NCBI RefSeq assembly: GCF_000002075.1
Contig: NW_004797556.1
Location: 179,409 to 243,408 of the forward strand
Length of the DNA: 64,000 nucleotides
Direction: 5' to 3'
DNA from: Aplysia californica
Taxonomy: Eukaryota
Under the pieces are notes generated by a model. The model was not told the origin of the DNA and searched no databases. It saw only the letters and a program-made list of their open reading frames with translations. A program made the position numbers and the translations under genes. The stretch's first letter is position 1. Each line of letters opens with the position of its first letter. Shown piece by piece: positions 50,099 through 62,761 of the stretch.

Positions 50099-53000
50099 TT
50101 AAAATAGATACACACTGGCCATGCCTGTCTAATGATGTATGAGAAAGTTCAGTTAAGCTATGGAGAAAGATTGAACAGATGATACGCACTAATTGTTAGC
50201 TTTGTGTTTTAAGAGTATTTTTTTTTTGTTTCATTATTTTCCTATGAGGATTCTAAAAGGAGGTTATTTTATAGCAGTGAAAAAGATGTTGAAAAGGCTC
50301 TTACTTTTAAGGTTTTTTAAAAGCATTTTATTTAAGTATAAGAAAACACAAGGTTGAAAAATGTATAAATCAATGGCATATATTTAAGTCTCAAATCCAA
50401 GTTTGAGCCGCAAGATGATGCTTTCTCATCCATAGCCTAAAATTCTAAGAAATATAATGGAGCCCACTACTGGTCCAGTTTCCATTGCAAAAAATTTAAG
50501 AAGTGCAGTATGTTTGGCATTTTTTGCTTCTTGAGGAACATGTCTAAACACGGCATATGAACAGTAAAATGAGCTCTCTAAGCTTTTTATTATCTACCTT
50601 GAAGTTGGAAGCTTAATTTAACAACAACAAAAAATACCCCGCTGTTCAGCAGTGTAGCATACTTCTCATAAATAAGAACATTTATAACCATTTCATATCA
50701 CATGTAAGCACATCTATGCAATACTCTCAATGAAGCTGAGAGTCAATAAATAGGATATATTACACTGCTAGGGCCTTCAAAGCCTGTTGTCACATCGCAA
50801 GTGGACAAAGATAAAACAACATTCTTGAATGTAGTAAATCAACAGTTGTACATAGGTGGTTTTTAAAACCTTTAACTTGGTTCCACTTAAAGCTTTGTAT
50901 TAAATTAAATCTGATCACAAGTTCATCAGCATTTTGCTGACTACGTAATGTGATGTTTATAAGGCTTAAAAAACATATTTACAAAAGAAAGTAGATCAAA
51001 AACTAATTTCATGAAAATTAGGAGCGAAAATACACACCATGAAGCATCGTATGAGAAAAAGATTTGGCAATATTATAAATAAAGTTCACGCTTGAAGCTA
51101 TTCGTTAAAATAACATGACAAAAACAGAACACATGAAAGCTTTCTTACATCAAATACATTAGTGATGGAATGTAATACATTCAAGGCACTCAAGGTTTGG
51201 CTTTTCTTTTGCCTTACAGAATCAGGAACTCTATTCCAAGCACTGTAAACAAACACTTGTCAAAATATGGAAGCATTATTTTATACAATAGGTCTGACAA
51301 GGAAAAATACTTTTTTCTATTGAGATTGAATAGTTTTCTTTCTCAGTATACAAAATTGAATGGGTTTCATTGAAGAACATGTGCTCAAAGGCAAGAGACA
51401 AACCTTTTCTATTGACTGTTGCAGAGTGCTTCATGTTAGACTTGCCCTTCTTTGAACGATCCAACAAACCCAAGCATCAATGCAACAGAATTATTTTTCT
51501 GACATCTGTAACCTCTCAAAACTCCTTTGTCTTTGCTCACTGTTATCGATTGAAAAATGCTCTTTCAGGTTCGAATTCAGAACTTGGCCCCATCATAATC
51601 AACATTCTCATAGTCATACTCATAGGCATTCTAGACTGAAATTGGGATGAGCCCTCTTAAAGCATGCTTGTCGTGGACGGAAATTGAAACACTTGAATAG
51701 CAATAACACACATAACAGTCTTGTATATTTTTTTGTACTCTTAGTCAACTTAGTGCTGAAGAGTTCTCCGTACCAAGGAAGTATAGGAAATGGAAGCTAC
51801 TGCACTGATCACAGTACTGTGATCATTTTAATACTCTCTTTTGAAAATCAACTTGTCAAACTTATTTTGGTACACAAACTAAGTTTTAAGGATAAGAAAC
51901 TAGCAAATACTCGAATCTTCCACCCATCCACCTTAAACACACACCCACATACACACACACAAACTTTTCCCAGACAAAGTGAACAAGCTATGGGCTATTT
52001 GACTGTTTGCTTTCTCCAGGGAACTTAAATCTGGCCCTAAGAAGAAACAAAACCTTTAAAAAATTATATATAATATATATTTCATATTTGGACGGACAGG
52101 AAAACTATGATTTATGGCATTAATTTAAAATACTTTATGGAGAAAAATATCTAAAATAAAGTAAGTTTAAATTCTCTTGTCCCTTTCAGTAACAGTAAAG
52201 GCCCAAACTATAATAATGCATAATGACAAGTAATACAAGTGGAAGACTCAACTCTGAACAACAATGAGTTAAATAACAGTCATGGTTATAATTGGATTTC
52301 GTTTACTGCAGGCTTATAACAAATCCCAGAGTCCGAGCTCTTACAATGAAAAGAATAAAAAGTTCTTTTTCAGCAGGCATTTGGACAGACATGCTCTGCT
52401 ATAACATAACAGTAATCCAACCATTGACACACTCCTAAAACAAACCTGCAAGAAAGTAGAAAAAAAAACAATGTGTGGGTGTGTTCCTTTTCCTAACTAT
52501 AGTAATTATTCGAATACATTATATTCATGTCGTTGTAAAACATACAGAACATATTGTAGGACATGGGCATGTGCAATATAAATGCAATTATTATTATTAT
52601 TACATCTGCATCTCAAATGATGTTTAGTCGACTCCGATGCAACTAAGTTTACTAAGCCAATATTACTGGAACTTGAAAAGAAAGGAGCAACAACTGATAA
52701 ATTTGACAGTGGGTAATCTATGTACTTGACCATCAGTTACACTGTGTAAACTTGATCCTTGTCTATGACAGGCTTCGGTTATAACAGGGATATCACGCTG
52801 GTGCCGATGGTCCTGGCAAGGCCGGGGCACACAAATATATTATAAAAGTACTTATCACTTTAACGGCCTTTGGCATAACTTAGTAGTGGTAAGACCATAC
52901 CACAAAGAAGTTAAAATTACCACAAATGGTTCCATGATTTCTGTATGACATTGACAGTTTTCTACCTTTTGAATCATCCTTCCTTTGCAAAGACAAAGTG

Positions 53001-53485
53001 ACCAAGTAGATTTATTCTTATAATAAAGAAAATGCTTATTATGGCTCCATATGACCTCTTACCCAGCCACACCCCCAAGACTTTATTTGGGCTACCCGGT
53101 ACATGTTCTACTCAATGGTTATTGATCTTATGGGGGTGGGGGTGACCTATTTGGGCTACGTAACTAATATATTATTGTATATAACATATATTGAAAAAGT
53201 TTATTTGGGCTACGTAAAGCCTTAATAAGGTCATCCTCTTTTAAAACCTCACAGCTAAAGTCAAAATTCTTTGCAGTCTCAGCAAATTCAACTGCCAGCT
53301 AATTCTTTGCAGTGTCAGCAAATTCAACTCCCAGCAAATTTTTCCAGTCTCATTCATCGTCTGACGTAGAGCTTGTTAACAGTATTTTCTTTTTTTGTGC
53401 TATACTATTTTTTTACCCTTAAACTTAAAGCCTCTTCGTTACGCTTACTTCAAGTTTAAAAAGTCCTGGCTTGTTAAATAAGCCT

Positions 53486-53636
53486 NNNNNNNNNNNNNNN
53501 NNNNNNNNNNNNNNNNNNNNNNNNNNNNNNNNNNNNNNNNNNNNNNNNNNNNNNNNNNNNNNNNNNNNNNNNNNNNNNNNNNNNNNNNNNNNNNNNNNNN
53601 NNNNNNNNNNNNNNNNNNNNNNNNNNNNNNNNNNNN
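53486..53636. other. Assembly gap (N run)
   Basis: 151 N. Confidence 1.
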
Positions 53637-54589
53637 ATCTATTGATAGAGAAGAATGTTAAACTGTACCAGTTGCATATCTAATTTTCTTTCAAAGGGTG
53701 GGCAAATACGTCTTATTTGTTTTTGGCCCAGCTTTTCTTTAACCATATCCGTATGTCGTGTTTTACTATCGTGTCCATACAACGTGGGAAACTGAGTGCC
53801 ACCACTTTCCAAAGAGGAAATTTACTCGTTAATCCGATCTGTATGCTTTGCATAGCACTAGCAGTCTCTCAAAATGATTTTTGAGAAATACTGAAACTTT
53901 CAGAGAGATCTCGCACTAGAAGTATTCTAAAATGTGAAAAATACCACCCCGTGGATACAAAATAACCCCAGGGCCTATGGATAGGGTTAAATAGAATAAG
54001 TTTTCTTTTCAACATTGTCTGTTTAGCTGGCAAATTCACAAAGTTTCTTTGAAATCCCCATTTCTGTTTTTTGTACCTTTGAAGTTTGATTAATTTGACT
54101 GAGTAGGTGTTTTACGGCAATGTCCCTGAAGTTGAAAACCATTACTCTGAATGAATGAGAAAAACATTGTTTAAATAATCGAAACATGTGCCGGTATACA
54201 ATTTACAGATAAAATAGACTTGCCAAAGAGTGTTTCTGTAACAAATCTAACTAAATTGAACACAAAATCACATTTGCAAAAAAAGTACGGTATGTGTACT
54301 GTAAATCAATACAGTACAGTATAAACTATAACTCCTTCAGATTGAAAAAGAAAATTCGCCTTTCCTGCTATTTAGATGTTGACATCTCAAGTACGAATGT
54401 ATTTAAGGTTCTGAGACTTGAACATGACAAAAAGAAGGAACCTCCTCAACATAACAACACCACAGTACATATTTTTATGTAACAACATGCTACAGACAAA
54501 GTGACTGTGTTAAAACATAACTATCCAAAAAAGCATTGATCACTTATATTATAGTCCATAACAGCAGCTGTTATAATCTATGACCAATA

Positions 54590-55425
54590 CAGTGGAATCC
54601 TGTTATAACGAGAGGGAGGGGCCTGATGCGAAATGTCCATTATACTATAGCAGGATTCTCGTTATAAGGGATCCAGTAATAAATAGAAGGGAAATAATAG
54701 AGTAGGGCTAATCTATGAGTTTGGTGTTCTGTTTATTACTTTTTGTTATCTCACCTGATTATAAATTTGTTCAACATGACCTCCAGGTCTTGATCAAAAA
54801 TAAAATCAAGTTTCTTTCGCTAGTGCTAGCAATGTTGACAGCTCAGCTTTGGCGATCAGAAAGAAAGGGCTCTGTGCTAACTCGCCCGCTGTGTCGTTCC
54901 CCACCCCACCACACCCTGTGGTGCATTCTGTCTGCTTGCGCACGTCACACATTTGCTTCATCCATCACAGCACTGTGACCTCTCCATCTCCGCATCTGAG
55001 AAGTGAGAGGCAAGGTAGTGGTAAGTCTAGATAATCTAGACTAGGCTAGGCTGGCCTATCACGCGATGCGTTCTGCTTGTCTGCGTATGCCACACCCTCC
55101 CCACTCATTCGCTCCGGCCTTCATTGTTGTTGGCACACATGGGTTCTCCCATTCTTTGTTTCGCTCAAGGAGTTGTCAGGTCCTCGGTTTCTCTAGATCA
55201 CCAACAGGTTTCTCAACTGGCGAGGTTTTGTACACGTATAACTGGCCTATGCGCTGTGCACAGCAGCAGCAATATTCCATTATAACCGACAAGCGTGTTT
55301 GTCTGATCGCGCTATAGCAGTATTTTATTTACAAAGATAAAGAAGAAAAAAACCGGGGTTTTAGAATAGTGTCTTTATAACAGACTTCTTGTTATTTCAA
55401 GACTCGTTATAAGTGGACTCCACTG
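54590..55425. mobile_element. pogo/Tc1-like MITE just downstream of the RREB1 stop; partial copy at about 24700-24987
   Basis: TIR CAGTGGA(A/G)TCC with TA flanks; about 280 bp nearly identical to 24700-24987 (cagcagcaatattcca..gtggactccactg). Confidence 0.82.
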
Positions 55426-55536
55426 TATATCCAAACATTAGCAGGCCATGTGATAAGCAACTATGGCTTGTTTACTTTTGTCTGAAAGGAAGAGAATTTT
55501 ACCTCTCTACACAAGAATGAGCTAAGCCCACAACTG

Positions 55537-55754
55537 TTACTTTGGAGGCTGGGTTTTGCCCTCACCAACACCAAGCAGTGAGGCAGCTGAATCTTTGGAT
55601 TCCAGTAACTGGTCAATGGTGGCACTCTCCACTCCCAGTAGATTGTGAAGCATATCGTCATTGTCTTCATTTTCCTCTTTTGTCTCAGCCCTCTCCTCTT
55701 TTGAACTTTTACTTGTTCTTTTAGTTGAGTCTTTTGTGGGTTTTGATGATTGTC
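55537..55754 (-). CDS. RREB1: RREB1-like terminal coding exon (..NLLGVESATIDQLLESKDSAASLLGV..PPK*)
   Basis: cag|GA, phase 1, TAA stop; NLLG..SA..LLGV resembles the hindsight/RREB1 C-terminal motif as I recall it. Confidence 0.83.
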
Positions 55755-55861
55755 CTGCATTCAAGATATGAGACAGCAAGCATTATTTCTAAAATTATAG
55801 TAGACAGACATTCAGAGAGACACACTCTGACATAAACTCATAGACACATACATCCACTCAA

Positions 55862-55868
55862 ACACACA

Positions 55869-55912
<44 letters not shown>
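55862..55912. repeat. (CA)n microsatellite
   Basis: Direct observation. Confidence 0.95.
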
Positions 55913-55915
<3 letters not shown>

Positions 55916-56942
55916 TGACACAGACAGACTGGAACACATACTGATTCAGAAACTCACTAACACACTTGATACAAACACTGGACACACCTAGCCAGTGACA
56001 TCCCTTTTTGCCCTCACTGCTTTAAGAAAAGGATAATTTTATTTTTAATGGCCCTTACACTTACAGGAGTCCTATAACATTTGCAACCATTTCTGGTTGG
56101 TACCTTAAACTTAAAGAGGGAATGATTTGTTTTCTTGTAATCTGATCTGTCCTACCAGAGATGTCCACATGTCTAGGACAGCCCCTTTTTTCTTTGACAA
56201 TGGATGGCAGCCCTGAACAATTTTGACTGCATTTTCACATTAGATCAGCATATTAAAAAAACAAACAACCTTAATAAATAGGCTAAAAACAACAAAAAAT
56301 AAAGCTGTGACTGCAGAGAATATCATTCTCAATGCTATTTCGTTCGCTTGTGAGTATATCAAATTTTAAGCAAACGATACTTGGAGTTCTCAGAATTAGG
56401 AGAAATTCTAGTTGATCCATTCTATAGGGAAGGTAAACCACAAAGAGTGCTTTGCTTTAGCTTTAGTAAGCATTTGATTGGGTAGATGTTTTACGGCACT
56501 ATCAACACATTTTTAGTAAGCATTTTATGGCACTTGTAATACAATAAGGTCATGTATGTGCTGGAGATTTTTAGTGTTACATGAAAGTAACAAACAAAAA
56601 AATGAGGTGAGATAAACAATAGATCTTTGATAGAAAGAAGGATCAAATCCCCCGGTACCAGAGCACCTGCCAACCTCCAGAAACAAAGAGTGTTTAGTCT
56701 TATATTATAACAATAAAAGAAGACAAATAACCCTGACAAACTTGTATGAATACATGTATAATATAATGCCAATCTCGCCACCATGCCCATGTTGACAATA
56801 GGTTACAAAGGTGACTGTGTATAATTTTAACCATTCAAACTTTAAAATAAATAACCATGGTGAACACAAAGAATGACCAACAGAAGATTTTTCAGTTTTT
56901 ACAATTTTACAAAAGAGCCAAGAAATTTGCATTAAACTTTAA

Positions 56943-57620
56943 CTCTTTGAATATGCGTCAGTGGGAGGGGAACCTACCGGGCGGTCGCAGCGTCGGCAGA
57001 TAATCCGCTGACGATTTTAAATGTGTTTATTTGCTTAGCTAGTGGTCTAAGGTGGACAACCCCTATCATTGGAAGCTCGTTCAAAGCCCTATAATTTGCT
57101 TGATTTTCTTTAATTGCTTTCGAATTAGGATTGCTTTGCATGGCGTTTGTTTCAGGCCCATTGTTTTGAACGAAATGTCGCAGTTTCTATCCAAAATGGC
57201 GAGCTCCAGGTGACGCGATTTGATGCGGACTAAAGAAGCTTTGGAGTTGTTTATGGATGATGGCAGTGATGAGGAGTTAGATTTAGAGTTTGAAGAAGAA
57301 AGTTCAGATGATAGTGATGATGAATCTATAGGCCTACCACTGGTAGGTAGATCATACCTTGTCAAAAAGAATTTCCTTTTGAGGGCAACTATAGCGATCT
57401 TTTAGTCTGGATCAAGGTAAGACTGGTATTGTGAATGTATGATTGAATGGTATTAGAGAAAAATAGAGAAATTGTACTTTTTAGTGGTGTAAGTGTGATT
57501 TTTGTACTGTTGATAGGAAAAAAATGGTGACCTGGAAAAAAAGGGCAAAGAAGGCGCGTCACAAGTCACAGCTTAGGGTACCGAGAAAGGGAAAGTAGGT
57601 GCGTCTTCATATAGTTAAAG
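56943..57620 (+). mobile_element. piggyBac-like 5' remnant with acidic transposase N-terminus; right boundary uncertain
   Basis: TTAA-CTCTTTG start; MASSR*RDLMRTKEALELFMDDGSDEELDLEFEEESSDDSDDE resembles piggyBac N-termini. Confidence 0.55.
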
Positions 57621-57895
57621 ATAATAAGGACGTTATTATCAAAATTATTATATTTTTTTAAATATTGACCTGGAATGTTTGCAAAGAGTTTGTTTTCTTG
57701 TCAACAACATGTATTTTAACAAATGATGGCAGTACTCTTCAGATAATTTTTGGGTTTGAAAGTATTGCTGTCAAAACAGGGGGGTATGGACTAAAGGAGA
57801 AGCTGTACGAGCTAACACAAGCGTTCAGCAAGAGAGCCCAGTTCATGATAGATATTGAACTTCAAGTATGAGTTTGAAATGGTTAAGATACTCAC

Positions 57896-58042
57896 CTCCA
57901 ACATCATATTCTGATTCCTCATCATCACTCATGGCATCCAAAGACATACCAGCTCCAGCGTGGTGTTTTGCCATGTGTCGATTAAGACTGTGCTTCAGTG
58001 TGAACTTCTTGGGGCATAAATTACAGCTGAAGGGATGCTCAC
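57896..58042 (-). CDS. RREB1: RREB1-like exon with finger EHPFSCNLCPKKFTLKHSLNRHMAKH
   Basis: tag|GT and G|gtgagt; 147 nt; TGEHPF linker spans the intron; FTLKHS is an RREB1-type signature. Confidence 0.9.
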
Positions 58043-59048
58043 CTACAGCAAAAAAAAAAAAGCCAAAAACAAACACATTGAAAGTTGATTTTGTGTCATC
58101 AGTAGTCTAACATTTAGGCTGCTAGACTTACAGCAGGCGTAAGTATGCAGGCTCTAATTCTAGTCCTGATCTTTTTTTAGTTTAAGTAAAAGTTTTTACT
58201 GCACTTGCAATACAAATATATAGTGTCGAGGATTAGATCTGTTACGAGAGAGTAACATACAAAAAAAAGGTTTTAAAGATAAGGAGGACAGATGTTTAAT
58301 AGGAAAAAGGAGCAAACCACACCAGAGCAGCTGCAAACTACCAACTGTTGTAAGTCCATCAATGTTCTTGGAGAAAGCAGTAGGCTCCTCTCATGTTTTT
58401 CCCACTTCACCCAGCTGAGAATGAATACCCGGCTGATGTGTGAGATTCTGTTAGATAGTATTGCATTTGAGGGCCTGTAAAACAGCAGCTTGCACTCTCT
58501 CTATCTGTCTTGTAATTTTTTAAAGGCAGCCGGTATATATTTTGGGACCAATCACGAATCAGTAAACAGCTGGGTCATGCCAGGAGGTAAGACTCTCTGT
58601 CCTCTGGTGGCCAATCTTCTCTCTTTCTCTCTCTCTCTCTCCCTTTCTTTCTCTCTCAATAAGAATGGCTGATGCAAATACCCATCCCTTTGAAGCGGGA
58701 CGAATTTTTAATTTACCGTATCGTGAGTTTGAGGAAGAATTTCGGAAGTATGTACAAATGTACAGACCGATAGTGGCTACTTGAAATAGAACAAAATGGT
58801 CAATTTTTAAGAAGTTGCATAGTATTGCGTTTCACCAAATTTTGGTTGAAATTCTAAAAATTTGATACTTATCTTCGAACTTGGAAATTTATGTCCTTCA
58901 AACTAAAAAATGTAACATTCCCTTGATTTAATTTAAACTTGTTTGAAGTTTTGTTGAAATCGGTCCAAGATGACCGAAGTTATTGTCCTTTAAAAATTAA
59001 ATGGGTCCTTTTTTAGACACAATTTATAATTTTTATTAATTTCATATA

Positions 59049-59826
59049 CAGTCAAACCTGTGTAAGACGGCCACCCTTTGTCAAGGAGAAAAGGCAGGAC
59101 TGATCAAGATGAAGAAAACAAAATATTCCCATCTGAAGTCTCAATCGAAAGTAGCCGCATTCTTGTTGTTTTTGTTGTTGTTGGTTTGTATTTTGTTTGT
59201 TATTTTTATTTTGTTGCTGATTTTGCGTAAGGGTGACTATAAAACGAAATGTGTCAGACGCCGAAGACCGAGTGCCATGTTAAAACAAACATATGGGTCG
59301 TCACCACTCGGAGAATAAGCGACGCTTCTGTCACAAGTCCATGTTGACGTCCATTGTTACTTTGTTACAGACTGGGTAAATAGTGACCACTCATCTCACG
59401 TGCGATTTGTGTATGAGTTCTGGGCGGGGCTTATGGGTTATGAGGGATCACATGCTTACCTCACCAGCAGCTGAAACTTGGTACCTATTGGTCAACAGTG
59501 GGAGGGGCCTACGCAACATGATCGGTTGGAGGGACTACCTAACAACAACGACAGGTGATTGGATTATGACGGCTCGCCCACAATTTTTGACAAAACTTAA
59601 TGGAGTCACTAAGGTGGCCGTCAAAGACAGGTGTTATTGCTTAGTGTGATAGGGGTTGTGTGTTAAAATATGGTGGCCGCGGCCGCGTTGGACAGGTGCC
59701 CGTTTTACACAGTTAAATTATATAGAAAAAAAGCAAGGGGGGAAATGGAAAGTGTCCGATTGTACAGGTGGCCGTCTTATAGAGGTGGCTGTCTTATAGA
59801 GGTGGCCGTCAGGGCAGGTTCGACTG
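59049..59826. mobile_element. pogo/Tigger-like MITE, complete
   Basis: TIR CAGTC(A/G)AACCTG, TA on both flanks, subterminal ggtggccgtc repeats. Confidence 0.85.
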
Positions 59827-60127
59827 TATATATATGTGTCATGACGCGGTAAAATTAGGTGTTCGTCAATTTTTGGGCCTGTTTGCTTTGTTTCAGCGTA
59901 AAAATAGCAAGAAAATGGCCGCCAAAGTTGATAACTCCAGAGTTCCCCATATTATTCTATCATATATGCAATGAACTCGTCGTGTATAAATAAAAGCATT
60001 CATATGTCCTTTATTGTTGAGAGCAGCCCTTCATTGGTATTTAACCAGAGCTGGGAGCTGAGCTGATAGATGGCCATTGAGAAGCATGGGTAGGTTGAAA
60101 AAACACATTATTTAAGTCTCATCTCAC

Positions 60128-60439
60128 CTGTATGGGATCTCATATGTCTCCTCAAATCTTGCAAACACCAAAATCTTTTTGGACACAATGAGCAATGTAC
60201 TTTTCGTTGCAAGTAATCAGTGGACACCACTTCCTGTAAAAAGCTGGGGTCTGTACCTTCATCCCCACTGCACTCATAGCTGGGAGCATGGTTTATGGCC
60301 TCACCATCGATCGATTCTGTCTCATCACCATCTTTATTCCTTTCGACCTTGTTATCTTTAGACCGAGTCAGGACTCCACCCGGAACTTCCCTACACTTCG
60401 TATTGTCTTCCTCGGAGGCTGCTTTTTCGGTGGCATCTC
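60128..60439 (-). CDS. RREB1: RREB1-like exon with finger [23 protein letters not shown]
   Basis: cag|GA and G|gtgaga; 312 nt, phase 1-1; [15 protein letters not shown] recognised as the RREB1/hindsight finger. Confidence 0.9.
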
Positions 60440-60936
60440 CTGATGAAGTAAAAAGAGATCTTTTTTTATTATAGTGGAATGTGGAAATCAAAATGACCAT
60501 GTCAAAACTTGTAAAAAGCAGCTTTATCTTTCAGAAATACTAAGATTCCTTTTCAGAAAGTGGATCCCAATCATCACGATTGTAATACTCTATATGAGCT
60601 GCTGTTTTCTTTCAAAGAGTATCACAGTAATCTAAAATAAGCTTTATACACTTAAAAAGAAAACATGAGTAGAAAGAATGAGTCTTTACTGACTTTATCA
60701 AGAACTAATTAAAAAAGGCAAGTAAAGTAAAGTAAAGTTGTTCCCACATCCGATTTGACATTGGGGATTGCCTTGTAAGTGATACAACTTCTTGGGCCTT
60801 CGGCATATTGTGGAAGGGTGGCCTTCAAAAGGGTACTTTAAATATATTTCTCTGAGGTTCAGATTGCGGGCAGTATTGCATACAGACGTATCTCAAAGGC
60901 CACCAAAAATGACTTATGTCTGTATGGAATATTGCC

Positions 60937-61198
60937 NNNNNNNNNNNNNNNNNNNNNNNNNNNNNNNNNNNNNNNNNNNNNNNNNNNNNNNNNNNNNNNN
61001 NNNNNNNNNNNNNNNNNNNNNNNNNNNNNNNNNNNNNNNNNNNNNNNNNNNNNNNNNNNNNNNNNNNNNNNNNNNNNNNNNNNNNNNNNNNNNNNNNNNN
61101 NNNNNNNNNNNNNNNNNNNNNNNNNNNNNNNNNNNNNNNNNNNNNNNNNNNNNNNNNNNNNNNNNNNNNNNNNNNNNNNNNNNNNNNNNNNNNNNNNN
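60937..61198. other. Assembly gap (N run) in a RREB1 intron
   Basis: 262 N. Confidence 1.
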
Positions 61199-61299
61199 GG
61201 CAGCCTTTCTGTCTTGCTTATCCCTGCTCTAAATCACCATTATTGTGTAGTAGTGTCATCATACTTTAAACAGCATCTATCATTAAATAGTCTACACAC

Positions 61300-61552
61300 C
61301 TACTTCCTCCTTTTCTTTAGCTTGCTGTTTGGCTAGCACTTCTTTGCCCTTTTTACTCTGTTTGTCAATCATTTTGTCGAGCCGAGTGGCAAACACCTGT
61401 ATACTGCCCACATCATTTTTGTCTTTCAAGATGTCCCACTCTGCAGAATGGCTCTGGCTCTGATGTTGCAAACATTCCACACGGCTGGTGTATGAGGCTT
61501 CACAGAGGTAACACTTGAACGGAAGATCGGGGCTGCTGCTGCTACTGCTCTC
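61300..61552 (-). CDS. RREB1: RREB1-like exon with C2H2 finger (PFKCYLCEASYTSRVECLQHQSQSH)
   Basis: cag|GAG acceptor and G|gtgtgt donor; 253 nt, phase 0-1. Confidence 0.82.
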
Positions 61553-62260
61553 CTGTCAGAGTGAAAATTAAGTTATGAAATATATCTGAGCTAGACCTTT
61601 TCATTTACCATTTGCAACAACCTTATGTAGTTCGTCTAATGCTTCAATGCACCTTTCCATTTACATTATTAGGTGAATAAAGCATTTATGGTACGGGTAG
61701 CCTTATCAGGAACAACGCCAAATTGTGTTTTCAGTATCTGGTCTTAAACCCAATAAAGAGTGCCCAAGTGAGGATTATGATTTCAGTGTTCTCTTTTTCT
61801 TAAATTTTCTTAAAATGTCAAATTATGACTACTTGGGCACTTGTGGAAAGACGCTGATAAAATCCAGTTTCTGGAACATTTTAATTGACATAAAAAAAGG
61901 CAAACAAGGCAGAGGTAGACCAAGAGCCGTATGCTTGGTAACACTGAACTGATGGGTGATAGGGAAAAACCAGGATAACAGTAGGTTTTTTTTAGAGCAT
62001 CCGAACAGGAAAATAAATGACAACCTATAATCTCTGACGCCTTTCACTTTACGATGATGATGAAATCCAAATACTAGACTCTTGAAGAGAATTGTAAGTA
62101 CATTTTCTTTAAGTAAACAAACACAAGCAAGTGGCATTTGAAAGTAAGGTCATAAACAAAAGGCGTTTTTGTAGATAACAGCACACTTTATTTACTTGGT
62201 CATGTCATAAGTGTAGACATGAGCTCTGGCTTTTGAAACCAGTTCAAGAAGAAAGTTTAC

Positions 62261-62761
62261 CTTTGGTGATTTCAGCTGTAGTTTCCTGCTCACACTGTCT
62301 GTATCATTTTTCCATCTCTTGATTGTGTCCTCAACGAGCAGTTCTTCTCCTGGTGACAAGTTTCTCAGATGCTTCTCAATGGCTGGGGTGATGATGAAAG
62401 GAGAGCCTTCCTCCATGGCACGCCGGTGGCTGTCCTCTAGCGCCTGACGAACACTTTTGTCCAGAAACTTTTTCATTGTGTCTGTCAGAACTGTATCATC
62501 GATGCCAGGTCGATTTGTTGTGGATGGCTGAGCAGATTCTGGCTTCGGCGATATAGCATGTACACTTGATGAATTGGATGTGTTGACTGTGGCGTGTAAA
62601 CCATTCTTCCCCTCAATATCATTGGTGAAATTGAAAATAGCATTTCGCTTTTTGTGTGGGTCTCGAACTGACGGAGTAGTTCCATTTGAACCCTGATTGC
62701 TGTCACTGTCTTGAGAGTAATTGTGGAACATGATTTCTTTGTCTGACAGTCCATTTCGCAT
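62261..62761 (-). CDS. RREB1: RREB1/hindsight-like gene exon (low-complexity linker MRNGLSDKE...LKSPK)
   Basis: cag|ATG and AAG|gtaaac on the - strand; 501 nt open, phase 0-0. Confidence 0.78.

Noticed and set aside
57196-57405. Acidic ORF as a nested host gene
   Set aside because: In-frame stop after MASSR, follows a TTAA-CTC terminus and resembles a piggyBac transposase N-terminus.
60792-61336. ORFs spanning the N gap (also 53471-53683)
   Set aside because: Artefacts of unknown bases.
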